NCBI GenBank assembly: GCA_030065715.1
Contig: JASJDF010000002.1
Span: forward strand, 1 to 54,521
DNA: 54,521 nucleotides
Source: Xenococcaceae cyanobacterium MO_188.B19
GTDB lineage: Bacteria; Cyanobacteriota; Cyanobacteriia; Cyanobacteriales; Xenococcaceae
Direction: 5' to 3'
In this document: one piece after another, positions 41,321 to 50,870 of the stretch
Numbering within the stretch: position 1 is the first letter of the stretch
How the letters are laid out: each line of letters begins with the position of its first letter
Position numbers and translations under genes: made by a program
The notes under the pieces: generated by a model
Databases searched by the model: none
What the model saw: the letters and a program-made list of their open reading frames with translations, nothing else
What the model was told of the DNA's origin: nothing

Positions 41321-42856
41321 GTGTTAGCTCAACAAATTCAGCCTTTTACGCTTAGAAATTACCAGAAACAAGCAATATCTGATACTTATAATCTTATTAG
41401 ACAAGGAGAAAAGCGAATACTCCTATTTGCAGCGACAGGAGCAGGGAAAACCCTCCTAGCCTCAAAAATAACCAGCGACGCTGTGAGCCGTGGCAAACGA
41501 GTCTTATTCGTGGTTCATAGAGACATCCTCGTAGGACAAACCGCAAACAAGTTCTCAGCCTTCGGTTTACGCTGCGGATTTATTAAAGCGGGATGGACTG
41601 AAGACGCATCTGCGAAAGTACAGATAGCCTCTGTTCAGACTCTGGCTTGTAGAGAATCTTGGAAAAATCAGGATTTTGACGTTATTTTCTATGATGAATG
41701 TCATCTAGTGGCGTTTGCTGCGGTTTGCCGTCAAATGATGTCAGATATCTACCGTCAATCACTCTATATAGGGTTGTCAGCTACACCCTGGAGGCTATCA
41801 AAGAGAGAATCCTTGGGAGATATCTATACCTCACTAGTGTGCGCTCCCATGCCCAAAACCTTGATTGAGTCAGGGTTTCTAACCAAACCATCTTATTATG
41901 GCTTAAATTTTGTTAATCAAGATTTAGACAAAATTAAAATCAGTGGGGGAGATTACAATGTGGGTCAACTTAGCACTGTCTGTAACAAGCCAATACTGAT
42001 AGAGCAAATCGTTAAAACTTGGCTAGAGTTAGGCTATGGCAGACCCACAATAGCTTTTGCAGTTGGAGTTAAACACGCCAAAAGTATCGCTGACGAATTC
42101 AACAAATTTAATATTCCTGCTGCGACAGTAACGGGGAAAACCCCGATCCCCATTAGAAATCAACTATACGATCAATTAGCCAGAGGAGAATTAATGGTAC
42201 TTTCTTCCTGTGCTGCCTTGTCTGAGGGTTTCGATGTTCCTCAAGTAAGCTGTGTTATTCTCGCCAGACCCACTCAATCCAAGGCATTGTATATGCAACA
42301 GTTGGGCAGAGGAATAAGATTAGCCCCAGACAAAACAGACTGTTTGGTCTTAGACCAATCTAGCAATGTACTTAGGCATGGCTTTATCGAGGATTTGGAA
42401 TCTGTTGAACTAATCCCCAGTAGTCAAAAAGAGAAAAAACCAGGCAAACCCCCGCTAAAACTGTGTCCCTCAGACAAGGGTGGCTGTGGAAGTTATGTCT
42501 ATTCGTTTCAGATGAAATGCAAGCATTGTGGATATAATTTTGAGATTAATAAACTGATTGAAATCTTAGGCAGCAGCCGATTGATATCACCTGATGATGA
42601 GGTCAAGTTAACGTTATATCGCAGTTTACTCAGAGAAGCTTACCAGAAGAATTATGCTCCATCTTGGGCTTGGGTTCAGTTCAAAAAACAACACGGTTTT
42701 TCTCCACCGTTTGACTGGGGTAGGGGCGCGATTTTTGACGGGGATCTCTCTCAACAGAAACAATACAAGCGTTATCTCAAGCAAGTCGCACTTAGGATGA
42801 AGAAAGACAAGGACTGGATTGAGAAGTATTTGAGATTGGAGTTTGGGAAAGTTTAG
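41321..42856 (+). CDS. superfamily-2 DEAD/DEAH-box helicase with a C-terminal zinc ribbon
   Basis: 511-aa ORF (GTG start). Motif I LLFAATGAGKT, motif II IFYDECH, motif III LSATPW, motif VI QQLGRGIR. Cys cluster CPSDKGGCGS...CKHCG. Confidence 0.85.
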   Translation: MLAQQIQPFTLRNYQKQAISDTYNLIRQGEKRILLFAATGAGKTLLASKITSDAVSRGKRVLFVVHRDILVGQTANKFSAFGLRCGFIKAGWTEDASAKVQIASVQTLACRESWKNQDFDVIFYDECHLVAFAAVCRQMMSDIYRQSLYIGLSATPWRLSKRESLGDIYTSLVCAPMPKTLIESGFLTKPSYYGLNFVNQDLDKIKISGGDYNVGQLSTVCNKPILIEQIVKTWLELGYGRPTIAFAVGVKHAKSIADEFNKFNIPAATVTGKTPIPIRNQLYDQLARGELMVLSSCAALSEGFDVPQVSCVILARPTQSKALYMQQLGRGIRLAPDKTDCLVLDQSSNVLRHGFIEDLESVELIPSSQKEKKPGKPPLKLCPSDKGGCGSYVYSFQMKCKHCGYNFEINKLIEILGSSRLISPDDEVKLTLYRSLLREAYQKNYAPSWAWVQFKKQHGFSPPFDWGRGAIFDGDLSQQKQYKRYLKQVALRMKKDKDWIEKYLRLEFGKV

Positions 42857-44361
42857 GAGATAATTTTTTTCACGGAGTCTTTTTCGCGCCAGTGTTGGAG
42901 GATGCGATCGCATTTCTCTAGGTCTGGCTCGGCTACTATGCAATGACAACCTCTATCTGCTGCTACGTCTAACAGTTTTTCATCAAATAGATAACAAAAT
43001 ACTACTGTTTCTTGAGGCTTTGTTGTCACGTCCATCAACTTTTGAACTGTTTCAACTACTCCTTCTAAATCGATCTGGTGAGACTCAAAACTTAAAGTAA
43101 GAGTGGACTCAGATTTAACTGATGAAATCAAAGATATATCATTATTTGGGGGAAAATTAATGGCTAAAGCAATTCCAGACGACAATTTACTTGAAAAATC
43201 ATCAGACTTAGGTTCACCGCAAAATAATTGATGATTTTCCCCTAATTGCCACCAAGTATTAATAAGTGTTTCTTTTGCTGATACAACTTTTAAAATTGTC
43301 TGCTTAGACTGCTCTACTCTTTCCAGATCGCCAGTTATTATTTTTGAGCTTTTTTCTTGAGTTTCTTTTTTTTCTTTAATTTCTAATTGAGTTATTTCTA
43401 GCTCCTTTCTTACTTTTCTTGGGTATTTTTTTCTACCTTCTTCTGAATCAAGATATTTATTAATTTTTTCTCCGAGGTCTTTATGTATACTTGTAATCCC
43501 TTTAGCAAACTTTTCAGTGATTATTTGTCCTTGTCTTGCTTTTTCCATCAACTCTTCTACAGCCGAATCAGGAGTTGATGGAGCAGACATTACATACAAA
43601 GCACTAGGCAATACATTCAAACCCGACAGCCTGTCGGAGTCTAAGTTTTTGGCGACTAACATAAATCTTTGTGCTGTGCGTTCAGTCCAACCGAATTCAG
43701 CCTCAATCCATTTTTGAAAATTTCCATATCCTAATTTTTCTTTGACTTCAACCAAATTATTACCGATTATAAAAATGTCTTCTGTCGTTCTCTTAACTAA
43801 TCTCTTGATTTCTATGCTTCTTGAATATACAAAAGAGGAGGTCTCTTTATCCAAACTAGAATAATCAAAGGTTTTTTTTATTGGAGAAGATTTAGAGGAA
43901 CTATTTGATTTAAAAATTCGTTCTAATTGAAGTTTTTTTATTCGCTGTAAATCTTCAGTATTTATTTCTTTTTGGCAATAAGTTACGTTATCATACTTTT
44001 CAGATGCTCTCTGCAAATAATCTTTAGGAACCTGAGCAGAATAAATAACAATTCTAATATCTTTTTCTTTTTGGATTTGAGAAACTAATTTAAGCCCCAA
44101 CCAGTTCTCTGCAATCAAATCCCCCTGCTCGTAATCGTATTTTCCAGAATTCTTGGGAATTATCAAATCAATGAAACATACCACAATATTTAAGGCTGAT
44201 TTAATCTTGGTCAAAGCTTCTTGATAATTATAAGCAAAAATCCCATCCCCAGTGGATAGCCCAAATTTCTTGAGAAATATTTTTTGAGCCTCTTTGTTTG
44301 TAGCAAATTCGTCGTCAACCAATAAATATTTTGGACTTGAGTTTATTGCAGATAATGTCAT
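42853..44361 (-). CDS. receiver (REC)-like domain / DUF3102 / methyltransferase-N-terminus-like fusion protein
   Basis: 502-aa ORF. YLLVDDEF and VVCFIDLIIP fit REC acidic-pocket and acceptor-Asp positions. LGYGNFQKWIEAEFGWTERTAQRFMLVAKN fits the DUF3102 core. C-terminal WWQLGENHQLFCGEP...LAINFPPNND resembles the start of ParB-associated N6/N4 DNA methylases, but FPPN replaces DPPY. Confidence 0.55.
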   Translation of the reverse strand: MTLSAINSSPKYLLVDDEFATNKEAQKIFLKKFGLSTGDGIFAYNYQEALTKIKSALNIVVCFIDLIIPKNSGKYDYEQGDLIAENWLGLKLVSQIQKEKDIRIVIYSAQVPKDYLQRASEKYDNVTYCQKEINTEDLQRIKKLQLERIFKSNSSSKSSPIKKTFDYSSLDKETSSFVYSRSIEIKRLVKRTTEDIFIIGNNLVEVKEKLGYGNFQKWIEAEFGWTERTAQRFMLVAKNLDSDRLSGLNVLPSALYVMSAPSTPDSAVEELMEKARQGQIITEKFAKGITSIHKDLGEKINKYLDSEEGRKKYPRKVRKELEITQLEIKEKKETQEKSSKIITGDLERVEQSKQTILKVVSAKETLINTWWQLGENHQLFCGEPKSDDFSSKLSSGIALAINFPPNNDISLISSVKSESTLTLSFESHQIDLEGVVETVQKLMDVTTKPQETVVFCYLFDEKLLDVAADRGCHCIVAEPDLEKCDRILQHWREKDSVKKIIS

Positions 44362-44523
44362 ATACTATGTCTGGATTACTTTTGGCAGAGTTGCAGAAAA
44401 TTAAACAATAAAGCATTATAACGAGGTTAACTATATTATATTACTAATCTATCCCTGAACGAAGGATTTTCCAGAACCTCAATCGTAGTGAAGCATACAG
44501 GAAATGTAGGATAAAAAAATAGT

Positions 44524-46131
44524 ATGATCCCTTCAAAAATAATTAGATTATTGTCTATTCAATTCTTAGTGGTATTTACAGGAGTAATAGGTCTAAGCAG
44601 TAACACCTTAGCACAGCAAGAGAAGATCAGCCACATAGAACAAGAACAAGGGATCAAAATTCAATCCATAGAAATTACAGGTAATACAGTATTCTCTGAC
44701 GACGAATTCGAGCAGATCCTAGCACCATATAAAGGTAAATCTTTTTCCTTTGATTGGCTTTTACAGGTGCATAAAACAATTGATGATTATTATTCTAAGC
44801 GTGGCTACATCACTCAAAGTATTTTACTCGCCCAAGAAATTACAAATGGGAAAATTGAAATACAAATCATTGAAGGAGTCCTAGAAGATATCCAATTTAA
44901 AGGTTTAAATAGTTTAAGGGAGAATTATTTAAAAGCTCGCCTCCCACCAATAGGCAAACCTTTAAATATACAACAGGTTGTTAAATCTTTAGAAAGATTA
45001 CGAAACGATCCCCTCATTAAAGAAATTAATGGACATATAGATCAAGAAAATATAGCAAAAAATATCTTATCAGTATATGTAGAAGAAAATCCTGCTGTTA
45101 CAGCCACAGTGAATATTATTGATGGCTATTCTCCTGCTGTTGGGAGGGTTGGTGGCGTAATTTTTCTTTCTCACAATAATTTCTGGGGCTTTGGTGATCG
45201 TCTAAGTATCAGAACTACCCAATCCGACGGAATAAATCGTATTGGGGGGGAAGCCTCTATTCCTTTCAATAAACTAGATGGTAGATTCACCTTTGCCATC
45301 AGCAACGTTGATAGCAAAGTTGTAGAGCAAGAGCTAAAGGCTTTAGGGATCGAAAACGAGTTCTTCTATCTATCGTTTGGTATCAGGCAACCTATTATTT
45401 CTACTCTTACGGATCAATTAAGTCTAGGATTCAGCCTTGATTTCAAAGACGGCGAAACTTTCGTGCTAGATGGAGACTTATCTTTCCCATTAACGAGAGG
45501 TCTAAAAGATGGCAAAACTCGCATTACCAGCCTTAATTTTTATCAACAATATATAAAAAATGGCTCTAGGAGTTTGTTTGCTATCAATTCTAATTTTAGT
45601 GTTGGGATTGACCTTTTCGATCCAACAATAACCGATGTTGGCATTGATGGTCTTTATTGGCTTTGGAGAGGCGATATACAATATTTGGTCGCACTGAATG
45701 CCCAAAAAAATATAATTTTAGCTACTCGTATCGGTATCCAAGTTAGCCCCGATCAATTACACCCCTTCGAGCAAATCACGATAGGAGGACGAGATAATGT
45801 GAGGGGGTATCGACCAAATATTGGAGTAGCAGACAATGGGGTCTGGGGCATCCTTGAAGCTAATTTTATCTTGGTTAATCACAAAAAATTAGGTTCTATT
45901 GCGATCATTCCTTCCGTCGGAATAGGTGGTACCTGGAATAATTCCAGGGATACAGTAGGCTCAAATACATTTGCCTCAGTGGGAATAGGACTTCGTTATA
46001 GTATTCGGGACATATTTGAAATCAGAGTTGATTATGCTCAACCTATTATTGACTTAACAGGATTCGGTGAAACAGATACAGAAGACAACCTCACCTTTTC
46101 TATACTAATCGATCTTTTAAAAATATTTTAA
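44524..46131 (+). CDS. ShlB/FhaC/HecB-family two-partner-secretion outer-membrane transporter (TpsB)
   Basis: 535-aa ORF with a signal peptide. POTRA-like IQSIEITGNTVFSDDEFEQILAPYKGK...IEIQIIEGVLEDIQFKG. Beta-barrel C-terminus ending in an aromatic residue (..LLKIF). Confidence 0.8.
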   Translation: MIPSKIIRLLSIQFLVVFTGVIGLSSNTLAQQEKISHIEQEQGIKIQSIEITGNTVFSDDEFEQILAPYKGKSFSFDWLLQVHKTIDDYYSKRGYITQSILLAQEITNGKIEIQIIEGVLEDIQFKGLNSLRENYLKARLPPIGKPLNIQQVVKSLERLRNDPLIKEINGHIDQENIAKNILSVYVEENPAVTATVNIIDGYSPAVGRVGGVIFLSHNNFWGFGDRLSIRTTQSDGINRIGGEASIPFNKLDGRFTFAISNVDSKVVEQELKALGIENEFFYLSFGIRQPIISTLTDQLSLGFSLDFKDGETFVLDGDLSFPLTRGLKDGKTRITSLNFYQQYIKNGSRSLFAINSNFSVGIDLFDPTITDVGIDGLYWLWRGDIQYLVALNAQKNIILATRIGIQVSPDQLHPFEQITIGGRDNVRGYRPNIGVADNGVWGILEANFILVNHKKLGSIAIIPSVGIGGTWNNSRDTVGSNTFASVGIGLRYSIRDIFEIRVDYAQPIIDLTGFGETDTEDNLTFSILIDLLKIF

Positions 46132-47098
46132 GTTGATCTTTTCTCAATAATTTGGTACGTTAGTTCAAAGGAAGCGGTATATTCATACTGTTCCGAAAAA
46201 CTAATCGGAATTGTGACAACATTAAAATAAATACAGAACCAGTTAATAGTTAATATTACTGGAAACAGTGGCTATTAATTAATTAACTCAACCAAAACAA
46301 TTTCCAGTCCAAAAGACCTGGAAATTCAACCTTATTTTTACTTTTTGTAACATGGGTTCATATCACTTTCTTCGCATTGGGTGTAGAATAGAGCAGAAGT
46401 CTAGTTTTCTCTCTCCTAAGAGTAAAAACTCTACTTTATTTCTGAGTGGTTGAAAAATTACCCAGAATGTAGAAGAACGCCACCCAGATCCTAAACTTGA
46501 TGACGTTCTAACTACTTAGTTGTAAACCCACATTCCTAGAACGGAAAGGAGGCTTGAGTGAATATTTAATTTTTTAAGACTAGCCGAAAAGACTAGCGAC
46601 AGTCAAAGGGACTGTACTGCTCTGTTACTCCTTATAGTAGCAGTAATTCTACTTCTTGGTCAACATAAGTAGGTAAATTTTTGCTGCTTATTCATTGATT
46701 TTAAAGTCAACAAAACAAGGTAGCAGAAAGTTAGCTAGTTCAAAATATTTAGTCTGGGAGATTAGAGAAACATTGTTTTTTCTCTTTCGGGCTGAAAACT
46801 CAGACCAGGTATCTGGTAACGAGTACAATTAAGACCCCCTGAGCGTGGACGATTTTGGCTGCAACCAAAATCTAACCCTTGGACAAAAAACAAGGAATAT
46901 TCAACAGAATTATTCTATCCACATATGGCTCAGAAATCATCCGTATAATTGTCATTTAAGTAGTAAAAAACAAAAAAATATTTATTTTTGGCTTTAATCT
47001 TTAATAATGAGGTTTAAATACTAAAAAATTGCTATTTACTACTTGAAAGTCAGCTATACTTACTACTTTGTCGATTTAGTCTTGATTATTGCTCATTA

Positions 47099-47125
47099 CC
47101 AGAAGCAAGAAAACTTAACTTCTGG
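47099..47125 (+). promoter_or_regulatory. hairpin overlapping the putative Shine-Dalgarno of the rep gene
   Basis: CCAGAAG (47099-47105) pairs with CTTCTGG (47119-47125). The 3' arm overlaps GGAG (47124-47127), which lies 7 nt before ATG 47135. Confidence 0.35.
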
Positions 47126-47134
47126 AGCAAAAAA

Positions 47135-50100
47135 ATGAATATTCCTCCGATTGCAGGACTAGGAGCGTTTCAGAAAATACTGGAACTAACCAAACCGATT
47201 AACGAGAGTAATGAGCTTTGGCTCAAACTCGGTCACAATCAATTTATTGTTGGTAGCTACACCCCAGATGGTCATTTCCCCATCTGGGAAACAAAACTAA
47301 CTGATAGCGATGATTCTAAAAGCCGAGTTAGAACGTTATACCATGACGATTGCTGGGAATATGTTAGTAATTGGGCAAAGCATAACGATGGTGGCGTATT
47401 TTTTGTCTCTACTCAGCCTCAAGGCTTTCCCTTAAAAGAAGCGATCGCCACCTCTGACGATATTGCAGCCGAACTAGACGAAGGAACGCCAGAAGAACAG
47501 TTAGAGTTAATTTCAGAATTCGTAACTATTTCAGGATTAAAACCTGCCTACATAGTTCACTCTGGCTCTAAAAGTTATCATCCCCACTGGAAAGCAACAG
47601 GACATCTACCTATCGAGCAAACCATATATCTACGGCAATTAGTCTGTATCGCCTTAAACTCCGACCCCGCAATCTCCAATCCCCACCAACCTATGCGAAT
47701 AGCAGGGTTTTATCGTAAGGAGAAAGATAGAGAGCAAACTTTAGAATACTGGTCTGAGTCTCGTTACACTTACGACCAATTACTCACGGGAATTAAAAAC
47801 TATTTTATAGCTAAAGATATTCCTTTCCCTGAGTCTATGTCAGAGGATAGATGGCGTATTTACAAACGAGGTCGAAGAGATAACAATCTTGACTTGTCTA
47901 TTTTGGTTAAACCTGAATCAGAACTTTATCCCTTACCTGATTCTGCCACTACTCCAACTTTCACTAGTGTCTGCACAGATTCTATTCCTCTGCATCTAGC
48001 ATTATCTAAAGCTCATCAGGATATTTTAGGTGGAGTAGCAAGCGAGCGTAATAATACGGGATTTAATTTAGCCCTTGATTTGATTGGTTGTCGTGATTGG
48101 TTAATTAGCAAGGGATACTCTGTAGAAGGAGATCCCCACAATATATTTATCAATTACTGCCAATCCTGTAGTCCTGGTAATGGGTGGAATCCTAGAGAAT
48201 GGAATAGTATTTGGCGTTCTGCTAACCGCAATAGTCCCACTCCTGCCCGTCGCGATTTAACTAACTTTGTCCATTGGTACAGATGGGACATTGATCCAGA
48301 ATATCGAGCAGCTTCTATTAAACAGTGGAAAACTGAGAACGATTTACTACTGATATCAGAACCAGACCCCGTTGCTTACCAAGAATACTGCACTCGTTTA
48401 GAAGAAGAAGAAAAGATCGAGGAAGCTATTGCCAAATCAGAGTTTCTTCAAATGCTTGAAAACCAAGCCAAAGGATTAGCTAAGAAGTATCACAAAGGTT
48501 TCGGACAATACCTCAAATACAATAAATCTATTAAACTCCCCAAATTTATTAACTTTAACCCCAATACTCCTTTACCCACTCCCCAGGACTATCAAAACCA
48601 AGAACCTCCTAGAATTAGATTCAAGAAAGGACAACGGCATCAGGTAATCATTAAATTAAATCAACTGGGTTGGCAGTTTATTTTAGACCGTAGTTTTATG
48701 GGTTTTGGTAAGTCCCATGACATGGGTAACTTTGTTAATAGTCAGGGTAAAACCTGGTATCTAGACTTAAATCATCGTAATCCTAGCGTTTCAACCGTAG
48801 AAAAGAATTTCTCTGACCTAAGCGTCCGTCACAATGGTCTAAACTACGACGAATTACGCACTACTCCTTCGGGTCAACCCTACCAAGTTTGGGCAACCGA
48901 AGATGATGATAACCCAGACATTAAATCTCTGTGTCACAATGCTCATGTTTTTATCAAATTTCACAAAAAGAATTACCCTATTGATAGTTTGAGAGATTTT
49001 GAAGACAATTCCCTAAACCCCATTTGCAAAGGTTGTCGGTTTCAGCATTGGAAAGTCGATGATGAAAAAGGAGAAAAAATTGCAATTTGTGCAGCACAAA
49101 GAGGAGATGGATATGGCTTCAGATATGCACGTAAAATGGGATTAGCTCAATCTCAAATTCGCGCCAGTATTAATAGCATTCCTAGTCTCGAAGAATACGA
49201 TTATAGTAACGATATAGCGATCGTCGAAGAAGCCAGTACCATTGTCACTGGCACTAAAACCGTAATTGCTAATTTTCAAGACTTTTCCACCAAATTCTTA
49301 CAGCTTCTCGAAGAATATCCCGATTTATTCAAATTGCTCTCACCCATTAGAAAAAAACTTTTTCCTATCTTGTCTGGTGAAGAAAAAATCGGTAACTATG
49401 GGCTAAATCATGCCGAAATCTTAGAATTACTGGGAGAACCTAACCCTGAATCTGATATCGAAGATATCCTACAACAATTAATCCTTGCTAATCCGAACTT
49501 TGATGATGTATATGTCAAAGCTGCCAAACATCGGGGTTGGGGTAAAAATTGGCGTGGCTCTCAAAGCACAGCTAACTGGTTTGAATCGGTTCAAGCTCGC
49601 AAAGCAACTCTTGAGAATATCAATAATCTACCATCTAACTTCCTCATGGATTTATTATGTGTTTGGTATGGTTTGTCTTGGGGGGCAATTCGTCTGGATT
49701 ATCGAGGCTTAAAAATTACTACCAACGATCCCAATCACGGTGAAAAGCTTCGTGCCATGAAGCAAGTAATTTTGCTTGATGCTACTGGGAATAAACGACA
49801 ATTAGCCAAACGCATTGATATTGATAATAATTCGATCATCGAAATTCAGCAGGAAATGCCTGAACTCTCTAACCTCACTGTGGTTAATCTGGAAATGCCA
49901 GGACTAGGGGGTAATCAATACTCCGATACTGCGCTCGCTCGTCTAGTGGCTTTACAAAACAAACTCAAAGAGCGTCATGGTCAAGATACGCCAATTTTAG
50001 GACTTAAAAAATACTGGAAAGCTTTAGACCTGGATGGTAACTGGTTTAATGATAATCGTGGCTCGAATCGTTTTAAAGCTCAAACCGCGATCGCTGCTTT

Positions 50101-50818
50101 GGGTACACCCAGGATAAATCTTGGTGTGGCAGAAGACGAATATCTAACCCTGTATGGCAGTCTGGAAGGTTTTGAAGATTATTATCAGTCTCTAATTGAA
50201 GCTGAAATTACCCAACTCATCGGCAGACCCAGAGCGCATTTATATCCTGACACCGAATTCATTATATATATAGTAGGAACCAACCAGAATCTAGACTACC
50301 TTAAACAGTATGGAATTAATGTTGTTAATCGTCATGCTTTTGAGGTTACTCCCGAAGCTGGAACTAAAAACCAGTTCGCAAAATGGAAGTTGTTGCGAGC
50401 ATTACACTCACTAAAACAAGCAGGTAAAAAAATAACCCAACAGAATCTAGCTCAGGCTGCTTCCATTTCTCAGTCTTACCTAAATGAAATAGTCAAAACC
50501 TGGTCTGGAGGATGGAGGGCATTTAAAAAATTATCGTCCCTCCTAATAAATAACTATAGGGGTTCCGATAAAATCTGGGAGACATTCGATCTAAAAACTG
50601 AGGCAATAATAAAAGAGTGGTTGGGTCTGAAACCAATTGGTGTACTAGAGGATTTGGCACAGATAATCATAAATGAAGATTGGGAGGCTTATAAAGTTTA
50701 CGCTGAGTGCTATTCAGGAGATATTTTAAGTACTGCTTGGGGGATTTTAGCTAGGTTAATTTTCCCCCAGGAAGTTATTGAGAATTTTGAGCAAATATTA
50801 GCCTCACCATTGAGTTGA
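47135..50818 (+). CDS. large plasmid replication protein: primase-polymerase-like N-terminus, PriCT-like region, P-loop NTPase/helicase-like body
   Basis: 1227-aa ORF. ELDEG...YIVHSGSKSYHPHWKA resembles the D.D / SG.G.H motifs of plasmid primases. ERNNTGFNLALDLIG is PriCT-like. The Walker A-like motif is MGFGKSHDMG. C-terminal HTH-like ITQQNLAQAASISQSYLNEIV. Confidence 0.6.
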   Translation: MNIPPIAGLGAFQKILELTKPINESNELWLKLGHNQFIVGSYTPDGHFPIWETKLTDSDDSKSRVRTLYHDDCWEYVSNWAKHNDGGVFFVSTQPQGFPLKEAIATSDDIAAELDEGTPEEQLELISEFVTISGLKPAYIVHSGSKSYHPHWKATGHLPIEQTIYLRQLVCIALNSDPAISNPHQPMRIAGFYRKEKDREQTLEYWSESRYTYDQLLTGIKNYFIAKDIPFPESMSEDRWRIYKRGRRDNNLDLSILVKPESELYPLPDSATTPTFTSVCTDSIPLHLALSKAHQDILGGVASERNNTGFNLALDLIGCRDWLISKGYSVEGDPHNIFINYCQSCSPGNGWNPREWNSIWRSANRNSPTPARRDLTNFVHWYRWDIDPEYRAASIKQWKTENDLLLISEPDPVAYQEYCTRLEEEEKIEEAIAKSEFLQMLENQAKGLAKKYHKGFGQYLKYNKSIKLPKFINFNPNTPLPTPQDYQNQEPPRIRFKKGQRHQVIIKLNQLGWQFILDRSFMGFGKSHDMGNFVNSQGKTWYLDLNHRNPSVSTVEKNFSDLSVRHNGLNYDELRTTPSGQPYQVWATEDDDNPDIKSLCHNAHVFIKFHKKNYPIDSLRDFEDNSLNPICKGCRFQHWKVDDEKGEKIAICAAQRGDGYGFRYARKMGLAQSQIRASINSIPSLEEYDYSNDIAIVEEASTIVTGTKTVIANFQDFSTKFLQLLEEYPDLFKLLSPIRKKLFPILSGEEKIGNYGLNHAEILELLGEPNPESDIEDILQQLILANPNFDDVYVKAAKHRGWGKNWRGSQSTANWFESVQARKATLENINNLPSNFLMDLLCVWYGLSWGAIRLDYRGLKITTNDPNHGEKLRAMKQVILLDATGNKRQLAKRIDIDNNSIIEIQQEMPELSNLTVVNLEMPGLGGNQYSDTALARLVALQNKLKERHGQDTPILGLKKYWKALDLDGNWFNDNRGSNRFKAQTAIAALGTPRINLGVAEDEYLTLYGSLEGFEDYYQSLIEAEITQLIGRPRAHLYPDTEFIIYIVGTNQNLDYLKQYGINVVNRHAFEVTPEAGTKNQFAKWKLLRALHSLKQAGKKITQQNLAQAASISQSYLNEIVKTWSGGWRAFKKLSSLLINNYRGSDKIWETFDLKTEAIIKEWLGLKPIGVLEDLAQIIINEDWEAYKVYAECYSGDILSTAWGILARLIFPQEVIENFEQILASPLS

Positions 50819-50870
50819 TTCTTTTTAGAATTGTGTTAATGTAATTGATTATCAAAAAGTAGAAGAAAGT

